From Balanoglossus misakiensis (lineage: Eukaryota; Animalia; Hemichordata), in assembly GCA_040954595.2 (NCBI GenBank), contig CM082593.2, forward strand, positions 1,374,901-1,438,900: a stretch of 64,000 nt of DNA, in the 5' to 3' direction. Position 1 is the first letter of the stretch. The number at the start of each line of letters is the position of its first letter. The notes beneath the pieces were generated by a model. The model had not been told where the DNA came from, ran no database searches, and worked only from the letters and a program-made list of their open reading frames with translations. This document shows, one piece after another, positions 49,534 to 61,999 of this stretch. The position numbers and the translations under genes were made by a program.

Positions 49534-50051
49534 ACAGGAAGATTTGGTTTCTTCAGCGACTTTGAAAGCACTCCATCCACTATCCGGTGATCTGCAACCT
49601 CGCATTCAGGTCGCGGATATCCTCAATGGACAGACTCCTATACTCAGACCCATTCCAGCAACAGAACCTATCCCTCCTATTTCATCGCAAAGCTATATAA
49701 AAACAAACTAAGAATTAAACCATCCTGTAAAAATCTTGATTTTGGTTCTATATAAATACCATGTGCATAACAGAAACAAACACAAGAGCTTGTATAATTC
49801 CACAGCAAACAGATTGTGGCGTGGACATTCCATTCATCTCTCTAAAATTGTATATATTTCCTGCTGTCCAGGTTTTTGTTGGATATTGAAGATTTTCATG
49901 TCTGATTGTATGTGTCTTGTAAATTTGACTATTCCAAAGTATCCTTGAACCTTTAGATTTCCTTTTATTTTCACCTGCATTTCACAAATGCAGAATTGTA
50001 ATAAAAGTCTTGAACACAAAGATTGAGATTGTTGACTCTGTGTTTATTACA
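49462..50051 (+). pseudogene. Duplicated C2orf81 last exon plus 3'UTR, lacking its splice acceptor
   Basis: Identical peptide (MELAPGV...SYIKTN) to 44095-44343; AATAAA near 50000; the breakpoint lies 8 nt inside the exon. Confidence 0.85.
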
Positions 50052-50671
50052 ATATTTCATTCATTGACCTGGGCGAGCTTAGTTTAGATCGTTTTGAAGG
50101 ACTATTCATGAATTGCGATGTATAAGTAATCGTTTTTTTGGTTGTTTTTTGCGATAAATGCACAAAAAAATGATCCACCGAACATAAAATTTCAAAGCAT
50201 ATTACGTACATATTTTAGTACCACTTTGGCAGTAAGTAGCACTTGATTATCCCCGTATCTCTCTGAATTGTTCTCCCACACTTGTGTAACAATTTTATAA
50301 CCCTTTTTCTGGGTATCTGTGGCTTATGGCACATCAAACTGTGGCAGTGGGAAATGTTACGAGTTTTTTCACCACCACCCACCACCACCACCACAACTGC
50401 ACACACGTTATTACACACACGTATACTGCACTTTGAACTATTAAATGCAGGGGTTCTATAGAAAGACATATGTTTATAAAATCTTTGTCGTTCATAGTGT
50501 ATTTTTTATCCATGATCGACCTAAATTACTGTTAAATGTGAGTCTGGTCAGCATTTTTTCGACGAGCGATCGGTGGATCCTCTGTCTTTCATTATTTTGA
50601 CTTGCCTAGGTAGCCATAATTTATGATTCATTCCTAAGGATGCCTAACCTGGTAAACTAACCAGCATAAAA

Positions 50672-53600
50672 ATGTCTGCATACTCGACGTGTCAGGTCTT
50701 GGCCTTGTGGCTTCTATTTGTTGGCAGCAGCTCGGACAGAACTATAAAATTGGTCGAAGTGGTGAGTATTCCAATATCATGAGACGGATCTGTCATTAAT
50801 AGCGATTTGGTCTCTTCCGGGTTAGTAGGCCCAGCCGAAAGGGAGTCACCTATCTGAGTCATATATACAATTTCCACGTCCCTGAGATTGAAACAGAGAC
50901 GTGATCAGTTTCTTTACGAGAAACGTACAAAGCTTGTGGTTCGATATATGTTAGTACTTCTCATCACATTATTTCACACGTAACACCCGGTAAATACGCC
51001 TCACTATTCATTGCACAGTATGGTCAATTAAACTTTGAAGGACGTTGGCATGTATGGTGGGTGCGTGCGCCCTTGCAGTAGTGGAGTAATTGATTAATTA
51101 AAATGTAAACAAATGTATTGAAATACGTGTATGTATAACTAATGAAGAAAATGTTTCACATGAAATGATTTTCACAGCCGGCAAAATTTTTCAGACATCC
51201 AGTTGCTTTTGCCGGCTGCTGGCTAATTATGTACATCCCTGATATAAACAGAACATGAGAGAGTTCAATGTAATTTAATTAACTGTTAAAATATTATCCA
51301 TACATGTATTATTACATTGGGAGTTTTAAAAAGGATACATATGAAATGAATTTTCAAGTAAATACTTACTAGTATTCATTTTACATAATTTTCCTGTATT
51401 TTGTCTGTTTATGGGTGATGTAGGAGCAGAATACTAGTGCTTCATTATATACCATTTGTTCAAAATCGAAATTTCCTCAAATGGTGCACATGCATAACAT
51501 ATACACGTATGCATATGGTACTGTGACCACAGTAGCATATGTTGTCAGGCGATCAGGGGTTAAAGAACAGCTGTCATGGTAAAGAAGTCTTTTCTAATAC
51601 TGTAACTGACAACGTAACATTACCTCCATGTAGCTGCTGCCATTACAGTATATCTCATCATATTTGGGTGAATACGTCATATCAAAATGGCTTGTACGGT
51701 ATGGTGCATATGTCGCTCTCGTCCTCTTATGCCCTAGTTGTAGTAAAAATTTTAGTTTGACTATTGTCTTTTTAACATTGGCCTGGATATGAATTGAGAG
51801 ATGGTTCGGAAACCATATTGTCAGCTATAAAAAGAATAATAGAATGAATTTTATTCATAAATGACTACATTGTTACAGATATCTCATGGATCAAGAGTAC
51901 CAGCTGTCCATATGGACTGCAAACCAATAAATCCATGAAATGCACTGGATTGCTCATAGATAGATTAACAGAATACGTTGCCATGTGTAGTTTTTAACCC
52001 TTTCACCCCAGTTCCCTCTATGGAGGTCCAACCATGGTGGTGATAGGGTTAAATGTCCTACATGCTGAAACATGCATGTCGTTTTGCTATACTTTTGATG
52101 ATAAAACATGTAAAACATAGATTGATGATATGACAGATAGCTGACATTGTCATACATGAGCTATTAAAGCATGTATGAACAGGATGAGTGTGGATATTTT
52201 AAGTGGCATGTGTCAGAATCTTTGGTGATGTTTTTGCGTAAAATCTGGCTGGCATGTTGTAAGCAGAAAAGGCTACCAGAACAGGCATATACAGTCAGGT
52301 TTTGTTGCCATGATACAAAGTGTATGTATGAGCCAAAACACTAGTCACGTCTAACTGAAAGAGCACTGCTCCAAAACATACATATGGAGTCAAACTGAAA
52401 GTGGTTATGTCTGTGCTTTGTGTGGTAGAATAGAAAGCATGGTAGGTTTAAATCAATCATAGGCCAGTCCCTGGAGACAGCCAGAACAGTTGATGGCAGG
52501 TAAAAAAACACCAAAGAATAGTGTCACTGTCTGATGACTTGTATATTTAGGTCAGAGCTGTCATATGCCTTAATCATCAAGCACCCCACATTATTGTATT
52601 TAGTGATACCATATTGTGACAGTTGCATCAGGACATTGTCTGTCTAACTCAAGATGGGAACGTGAGTTTTTAAGTGGTCCTTGTCCGCCCATACAATGGT
52701 ATTCACGTAGTCGCATCTCGCTGAGCTCCCCATTTGAAATATAAACGTATTCATTTCAGGGCATGTCATATGCATGTGGAACCAAACATATGGTTATCAC
52801 AATGAAGTGTTGTCTGTTTGTACGCATAGAGTGCTTTTAATACTAGTAGAGCTCAATTTTTCTATTCTAAAGTACCAATTTTGTTCTTTACTTTTGAAAA
52901 TCTGTCCGCAGAATTTCCATTCACGCAGTATTAACATCTCCTGCTAAATTGGCCATGTATGCATTTAGGTTATATAGCGTACCACAGGTTTTCAAGAACA
53001 TATGCTATGCAAAGTGTGCAAATCTCCAGTTATATTCACTGAGCACATATCATTCAGATACCAGTGACACTTATATCTCACGTTTTGCGAAATGCATTGT
53101 AACTTACATTTACAACAATGTTTTACCATTTACCATATTTCTGTTGTTGTTTTTCTGCAGGTGTATCGTCATGGCAATCGCTCTCCAATGGAACCATATC
53201 CCAAAGACCCAAACCCTCCAAGTACATGGCCGCAGGGTCCAGGACAACTGACAAATGTAAGTTGGATGTATGATCAGGTGTATAATGATTATACAATGCA
53301 GTTGTTTTTAGGAGACACCCCAGGCAAGTTGGTTTTCGACCAATATGAATCAATTATAAAGGATGACATCACAAGACTAGATTAAGCAAATTGTTTGCCT
53401 GTTTGGATGCATAATGATTTGTGGACATTTTTTCTTCCTTAGATTGGAAAGATGCAACATTTCCATCTCGGGCAGTGGTTCCGGGAAAGGTACGGTGAAC
53501 CGCTTCTCGATCAAAAATACCTCCGCGAACAAATCTACGTCCGCAGTACAGATGTGGATAGGACACTCATGTCAGCTGAATGCAATTTAGCAGGGCTGTA

Positions 53601-54704
53601 CCCACCAAGTGGAAGTCAAATATGGAATCCGGATGGTCAGATACCATGGCAACCAATTCCAGTACACACCAAAGTTGACGAAGAGGACATTGTGAGTTTC
53701 ATTACTTTAAACTCTCATTACAGTGAATGAATTGATTTATTTATGGGGAGTTCCTATTTACATGGTGACCTATTGTTATTATTTATTTGGTTATTTTCGT
53801 TGCAGCTTCTTGGTATCAAGCCTTGTCCGAAGAAAACCCAGTTAGTAGATGCCATAAAAACTAGCGAGGAAGCACAGAAGTATTATGAAGATGACATTGT
53901 AAGTTTTCTACGTGGAAATTTTGCATAAACAATTAAATGTACCGGTATAAAGTAACTGATACTGTATTAGAAATTTGTGTCATTATTCCATTATCGTTTT
54001 TGTACTTCATTCATTTCAGGATTTTTTTAATATGCTTAAAGAGAATACAGGACTAGTAAATGCAACAATGTTGTGGAATTTCACTCATACGGCTGATGCT
54101 ACATGGTTTGAGGTAAGCTGAAGACATTATTGTATCGGAAGAGTTCACTTTCCATCAAAACACCAAAACACATCTGATATATCTGATTGGTCAGAAATAG
54201 TTATTTCACTAATACGCAGGATAACTGACTTTGAATAGCATAACTATTTCTGGTATTCACTGAACATCTTTAGTGTTATGATTCACTTACAATGTTAGAC
54301 ATCCATGAAAAATATTGCTTACTGAAATTTTGTTCATCAGAAATCCGAAAACAAGATCATTCCTGAGTGGGCAACTGAAGAAGTTCAGCACAAACTCTGG
54401 GAGATGATGGATTATTCCTACTCGTTGCTTTACAAGGGTGATAATGTTGAAATGAAAAGACTTACCAGAGGTAATAATTCATTTGATTGACATTTAAAAC
54501 TTTTACAGGCATATTACAACACATTTCACCTGGCGACTTATAGATGACCAGCTGCAAATTTCATATGTACCTTCAAAAGTGTGAAAAAAACCGAAAGTTT
54601 CAGGTACTCATACATGTGAGGGAGATGATGGTACGTTAGAAAAATTGTATCTCAGTACAGTCACTTAAAATTCATTGTCTATCACATATGCTTGCATTTA
54701 TGCA

Positions 54705-54735
<31 letters not shown>

Positions 54736-57467
54736 TTTTATATACACTCAACAATTAGCAAACATCAAATCAAGCATATAAATTAATAGAAAAGTTGTCT
54801 GTATTTTTCTTTGAAGGTGTTCTTTTGAATGAGATGGTTCATAACATGATTGCCAAAGCATCACAACTCAACAATGACACCTATCGCATGCATATGTACT
54901 CTGCAGTAAGTATTTATTTTCCTCACAACTGTTCATGTCAAAACTTTCATTAAAAAATTGAAGTTAACAAATATTGTATCGTTATCTTCTAATTCATGAA
55001 GTTTACTTCTTTTTTGTACAGCATGATAATACGATAGCAGGTTTGCTGTGTGCTCTGGGTGTGTTCAACAATCAGTGGCCTCCCACTGCATCAACTATTA
55101 TGATAGAACTTTATCAAGAAAATGAAGAAAATTTGAGGTAAATCAAAATATGTTTTCCCAGCTTATGTTTTCTTGTCATAGATTTTTGCAAATCACAGTT
55201 GACATGTCTGTGTTCTGGTATTCTCTAACATGATTCATGATTGGCTTTCTTACAGGATACGTCGTCATGGTGACCACCACGACGTAGCTCCAGTCACAGA
55301 AATGCCCACTTTTCTTGGGTAAGTCATCACTGTGACTAATATTGTACATTGTACTGCATTTAGAAAGTGTAGCATTTGAATCTGAATTTCATCCTAAGTC
55401 TTTCATTAAGTGTTAATAAAGGCAAATTTCTACAGAACACAAAAAATCCCCTTGCCCAACAAAGCCATAGAGCAAGATAAATTGGTGCCATGTTTGTATT
55501 TTATTTTCAGGAATTTCACAGTGGACATCTGGTTTCGCAACGACTCATCAAGCGACCCTATACCCCTCACAATCCCTGGATGCACGTTACACTGTCCACT
55601 TCAAGAGTTCATAGACTTGACAGCACCTGTGAGGTTGAGTCGCGAGCAATGGGAGGAGGAATGTGGTGACGTCGATGATGATGATGATGGTATTTTCAGT
55701 GACTTTCATGTAGAATTCAATTTTGGTAAGTCACACAGTGTATTGTCTGAAAAATGACAAAATGTCTTACTGTTGCTCGCAAACAGTCTGCTGAAGTGGG
55801 AGAAAGTACATCGTATTCAGTTTGTGTTCACTTTTCAACTTCAACTTCTATTTTGATGGAAGGTTCATATCTGGGAGTGAATAATGCACTCTGTGTCCAC
55901 TCATTTTTATTGCTAAAATCACAATTATCTGAACTTTTCTTTACGCATCAAATATATAATTTTTTAAATTGTCCTTATTTTTCAGGTACTATTCTCGCGG
56001 CTATTGGCATCCTTATTGCAGTCATAATCTTCCTTGCAATCTGCTTTGGTGTTTTAATTGACCCAATCAGAGGCAAGAGGAAAAGGAAATCACTTGATTC
56101 GATGCAACTCTTACGAGATGATCTTGCAGGTAGTGATGAAGAAAATGATATAGGTGTGTTGTCATGATGCGCACCCCTCTAGTGCTTCCATAGTGCTTCT
56201 TTTGTTTTTATGGCTTCAAACACTAATAATGTTAAGATTAGTGGTATCATCAACACGCAACATCTAGTCGCTCAATCACAATCTTGTCTCCAGCTCAAGT
56301 TCTTATGATTCATCACAACAACCTCAGCAAAAGCCTTTAAAATAAATTTCATTTCCTAAAAAAAACAATGTCATAAGCACATAGTGTTATCATTATGCCA
56401 TTGTATAAGACTGGGACGTGTGTGCATATGTACATACACATTGCATTAAAATATGCTGTCGAGATATACCTTATCAACCATAATTTTTCAAGCTTTTATC
56501 TGCTGCTTTCACTAGTCACTACTAATATCACAAATATATTTGAAGTCTTCCATATATAGTTCTTCAAGTGTCAACTTGTTTCTTTTTATTATCAGTACTG
56601 TGAACAGAAAATTGCATGATCAGTCTAGTCTTTAATGTCCTGTATGATTCATTGTATGATTTAGAAAGGGAATCACGCCAAAGTTGGCGGCAAAAATTGA
56701 AACCAAGCAAATTATTATTTTGCTGAACTGATTTATCATTCATCTTGGGTGTGTGCAAATTAGTGGCTATTTTTAATTTAAAAATGTATTAATATTAATA
56801 TACAATTTAATTCTTTCCTAAAGAATCAATTATGGCATCAAATGCCCCATCATATTATAAGTGTTCGGGTTTCTGTGTATACAATACATGTAAGATTTGT
56901 GTAGGAATGAGACTACAAGAATATAGAGCTAAGTTTGGCAACATAATCTTAACTTGCCTGAAATGATTTTTTTCTTTTCGACATTGGGTTCAAATTATGA
57001 ATTATTCATATTTCCTTTACTTTTCTTTATTTGTGCAATATATGATGGCCTGACTGAAGAGGTAATCAAAGTTATGATTGTACTAGTAGTTTGGTAGCTT
57101 GCCTCATTTCTACCGGAGGTTGTGGTATGCTTGTCAAACGAGCAAATTTTTGACAAAATGGTTGGCACCCTCTTGGTAGAAATAGGACAGTGATACAAAA
57201 GTAACGTCATCATGGTAACAACATAGAAGTAGTTCCTAACATGTCTTTCTTTCTGAAAAGTATTATCACAGTTGAGTTATTGGATTGCCTCACAGATTCC
57301 AATTTTTCACAATAATGTTGACAGAATTATTTTCTATTTTCCCTTCACCAACTGTCCTTTCAGAACATGAGCTGAAAGTCGTGGAGTATAACGATAAAGA
57401 ATCCACTAACAGTACTAACATCATCCCAGAACCAGAAGCCTCCAACTGGGTGGAAATCAGAAACTAA
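50672..57467 (+). CDS. Lysosomal/prostatic-type histidine acid phosphatase copy 2 (full length, type I membrane)
   Basis: Exons 50672-50761, 53161-53256, 53443-53691, 53806-53898, 54020-54112, 54341-54470, 54817-54905, 55022-55137 (HDNT), 55256-55318, 55511-55725, 55986-56129 (or 56153; TM helix, KRKRK, DSMQLL) and 57364-57467. RHGxRxP and HD motifs intact; ACP2-like. Confidence 0.9.
51175..51241. mobile_element. Probable MITE remnant (one end only)
   Basis: 12-bp inverted repeat CAGCCGGCAAAA/TTTTGCCGGCTG (51175-51186/51207-51218) followed by TACATCCCTG, which resembles a hAT-type terminus. The other end was not found. Confidence 0.35.
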
Positions 57468-58271
57468 GACTTTACAAAGTTAACTTTGACAGAAAAAGGA
57501 CTGTCGCAACAGAAACATGAATCTTTTTTGAGAGGAAATTATGTAGTATTCCACATTGTAATAAGCGCATTGCGCAAAAAAATTCTTTGTAATGATTTTG
57601 ATCACAGCAACTACATGTGAATTTTGTCTTAAACAGTCCTGTATATTTAAGTACATTATTTTTCTTTGTAAAGGGAAGCATTGCATGCAGTTCACTAATG
57701 TGATTGAATAACTGTAGACAATGTGAATTGCAATATATTGTGCTGCTGCAAGATTTCAAGTTACTTTCTTGAATTTGTTATTGAGTTGTTGTTTTTGGAT
57801 TATATCATGAATACTTTTGAAAATTTTAACTTCTTTTTTTATTAAAATAAAGTTGAACTATTGATCATTTTTTTCAAGTGCTGTTTTGTTTGATATGTCT
57901 ATGTATGCTGTGTGCGCTTGTGTGTCTTTGAAGTTTGGCTAAAACATTTGGTAGATCAAAATGGCATCTGCTCTACAGGTCTCTGACAAACTTGAGGTTG
58001 TATGACAGAGTGAACAAAGACTGCAGAAGTCGGCTCATCGAAAATGGTAGCTCTTCTAAAATATTTGATGGTCATTTATTCATTTATGCTAGTTTGCCAA
58101 GAGTTTTATTTTGCGCAGTAAGCAAACAAGATGAAAAACTTTAACGTAAAACGGATCGATCTCTACGTGAATAATATTCATAAAGCTAGGTGGTCATAGT
58201 TCCCCCAAGGCAGTCCGAGCGTGCCCTTGTGACCTTCGTGTGAGTCGCGTACTCGAGCTGAAGTCCGAAAG

Positions 58272-61200
58272 ATGATGTACGAAACCCGTACCCGTCTGGT
58301 TATTCTGGGTTTGTGCATGCTCTTTGTGGGCAGCAGCTCGGATAGAACTATAAAATTGGTTGAGGTGGTGAGTATCTCCCTAGAAAAGAACGTTTCACTT
58401 GTTTGTTTCATTCTACTCCGTGACCTCTTCCGGGTTGCAGTCGACACCACCAGGACCATCATGCATCAGTGTCCCATTTTTTGTAATATTTTTGTGATTG
58501 CAAATCTCTGGAGTTTAAATGCCGTGTGTTGTCACAGAAAATATACATACCAACTAAAATTTCGCAATTGGATAATAGAAGCAATTAATTTCCTCTGAAA
58601 TTACGATTAGCAATAGCTGCGATGGCCTTGGCATAACTTTTGTGTACATATCTAATTTGCATATCACCAAGGTTTTCGTGTGTTAAACTTTTTGGCATGT
58701 GAAGTTAACAGAATTCTCAGTAGAGTAACTGGGATTCAGAAACATGGTATATGCTATATCAGTCAATAAAGTTTTTTGTCAAATTGAAATGTATTTTGAC
58801 TGCTATTGCTGCATGTTAGTGTGTTTTACAAAACCGAAAGTATGGCTGGTCTCACTGTTTGGTTGACCTCATGAGGTCATATGACCTGGTGGTTTCCCCA
58901 GGTGACCCCAGATCTGACCTCTCCATTGAAAACTATAGTCATATGCCAGTCACGAGGGATGAGAGCTTGGGGATACACAAGAATGCCTCCTAAATCACTG
59001 TGAGACTTGTTTATAAAAATCTTCTGACTCTTAGTAGTTAAAAAATAAACTTTTTCTCTGGATTGCTATTTCAAATGTCCCTGACCAGTCAAATACTAAC
59101 CCTTTAACTTATTTTGCTTCAGTTGATTATAATGTCTCTTTTTTCGCAGTTGTATCGCCATGGCAACCGCTCTCCAACAGGCAGTTACCCTACCGATCCA
59201 AACCCTCCTGGTACATGGCCACAAGGTCCTGGCCAACTGACAAATGTAAGTTTCATAGATAACAAATATGGCAAATATTTTGATGTCTTTTGAAGTGAGA
59301 TAAAGTTTCTGAATGTCTATACAAACTGCTATGTGCACTGAATACCTAGATTTGTGAAAGTGAAAAAGTTGAATTTTATATTTCATTTGTTTTTTTATAC
59401 TTGTTGCCTCAGTTTGGGAAGATGCAACATTTTCATCTTGGAGAGTGGTTCCTGGACAGATATGGAGAAACGCTCCTCAATAAAACCTACATCCGTCAAG
59501 AAATCTACGTCCGCAGCACTGACGTTGACCGCACACTCATGTCGGCTGAAAGTGATCTAGCAGGACTGTACCCACCCCACGGACAGCAGATATGGAACAC
59601 CGATGTTCAAATGCCATGGCAACCAATTCCAGTACACACAAAACCTGACGCAGAAGATGTTGTAAGCTTCTTTATTTACTTCTTAATAACAGACATATTG
59701 TCTCTTCAGCTTGCATTTCACTAGAACTCCTTGAATAATATTTCCTTGCAGTGTTTCATCCAGGATGGCATCAACAGGGGTATTCCCCTTTATCTTCACC
59801 TCTGATAACATTCTCCTGTTCTGTCTCTAGCTGATAGGTTTCAAGCCGTGTCTGAAGGAAGCAGAGATCACCGATGATATTAAGATGGGATCAGCGGCAC
59901 AGAAATATTATAACGATAACATTGTAAGTTTTCTGATATTTATTGTAATAATAACATACTGGTTTCTTCATTTGGGCCAATTTTATCAAGTTGCCGAATG
60001 AGCTACAAATTCAGCTAGTCATTCACTAACAGTGTATTTTAAATTTAAAATGTTGTTTGTTATTTTGTTGTAGGAATTTTTCACGATGGTAAAAGAGAAA
60101 TCCGGACTGGTGAATGCGTCAAACCTCTGGGATTTGTGGGCTCTGAGTGATGCTCTCTATTTTGAGGTAATTTGAAATCTCTTTGGTTCTTGAAGTTAGT
60201 TGTGTCAGCACATTTTGTTCAGTTTGGTAATTGTTTAAAGGTAATTGCTCATGTTGAAAATGTGTTTTGCAGCATGCAGAAAATAAAACTTTGCCAGAGT
60301 GGGCTAATGAAGAAGTCCGGAGCCGTCTGAAAGGATTAATCGATTATGGATACTTCTTGTTGTTTGGAGGGGACAATGTTGAACTGAAACGGCTGAGTCG
60401 AGGTAATGTCAACTACAAAATTTTAGTCATCAAGCACTTCCCCGTCTGTAGCCTTCATATCAAGAAGAGTGCCCTCAATGGCAGAACATGAATACAAACA
60501 TTCATATGCACCAGAAAAATGCACCCCAATGCAGTAAATTGCATTTCATTTTCTTTGAAGGTGTTCTTTTGAATGAAATGGTAAATAACATGATTGCCAA
60601 AGCCTCACAACTCAACAATGACCCGTATCGCATGCACATGTTCTCTGCAGTAAGTACATGTATTAAACACATTTTCATTTCCTATAATTTCCATTCCTAC
60701 ATGAATAACATGTCAGAGTACTCAGTGTAATGTGAAACATTGTTCTTCCAATTCATCCTACAGTCAGACTAATATGCATGCATGGTAAACATTTGCCTAT
60801 ACATTTGTATGCTTAGTTGATTGATTGATTTGTTTGTTTGTTTGTTTTGCAGCATGATGATACCATAGCGAGTTTTCTTGGTGCTTTGGATATATTCAAT
60901 GCGCTATGGCCGCCCACTGCATCTGCTGTGATATTAGAACTCTACCAAGAGAATACAGGAAACACCAGACAACGTCGCCATGGTGACCACCATGTTGTTC
61001 CTACCACACAAATGCCAACTTTTTTAGGGTAAGGAATGAAAATATTATTCACAGTAAGACTTATTTGAAATCACTCTGTAATGTATGAACCCATATACCC
61101 TGCAGACACAGCAGTGTAACACATGTCTTTCATTACAGGGATTTCACTGTGGACATCTTGTATCGCAATGATTCCAAACACAAACCATTTCCCCTGACAC

Positions 61201-61999
61201 TCCCAGGATGCACCTTGCACTGTCCACTTCAAAAGTTCATTGACCTAACAGCACCTGTGCGGTTGAACACAGACCAGTGGGAAAAAGAGTGTGGAAATGA
61301 AGATATCGTTTACGGTCACTTTCATTTAGAGTTCAATTTTGGTAAGTTTCACAGAATATTATACATCCTGAAAATTATTTTTTTGGTGAATAGCAATTGG
61401 TCTCCTCCCTATAGACTTGTCAAACCTGCCTTGTGGTTATTTGATACAAGTTTCCTAGGTTACATCACATCAAAAACAGCAAATGCAACAAAGCTGACTT
61501 TCCTCTTTGTTTTTTGTAGGGTCCATTCTGGCACTTGTTGGCATCATGATAGCCGTGATATTCTTCTGTTCAGTCTTCTTTGGTGTTTTATTTCCTGTCA
61601 GAAGAAAGCGGAGAAACACATCAGTTGATTCTGCGCTGCTCTTAGAGGAGAGTTTTGCAGGTAGGAGTCACAGAATAATGTGTTGTGGAAGTCCGAGTAT
61701 AAACGTACTCTGACAAATTTTTACCGGATGCCACAATGTTGTGTGCCCATTACCTGGAAATGATAATGCCATAGGTCACATGGCCAGATCACGTGATTGA
61801 TATGAAAGAATACGTACTCTATCCACATAAGCTGCAAAATGAGGACCAAGTGTGTTATAATCTTTTAATAACTGTCAATATTCAAATACCTGTTCTTTCA
61901 GATCCTGAAGTGAAGGTTGCGGAGTACAAAGACTCACATGACACTACCAACACCATACCGGAACCAGACGCCTCCAACTGGGTGGAAATCAAAACCTAG
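58272..61999 (+). CDS. Histidine acid phosphatase copy 3 (older paralog, full length, type I membrane)
   Basis: Exons 58272-58367, 59150-59245 (LYRHGNRSP), 59413-59661, 59831-59923, 60074-60166, 60273-60402, 60561-60649, 60853-61028 (HDDT), 61139-61341, ~61520-61660 (TM, DSALLL) and 61902-61999. Confidence 0.9.

Larger units (their letters stand above)
44094..55690 (+). repeat. Tandem segmental duplication (unit A 44094-49461, unit B 49462-55690)
   Basis: 44094-44681 is nearly identical to 49462-50051. The phosphatase promoter, exons and introns align between units apart from large indels. The junction microhomology GATGG occurs at 44094, 49462 and 55686. Confidence 0.93.
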
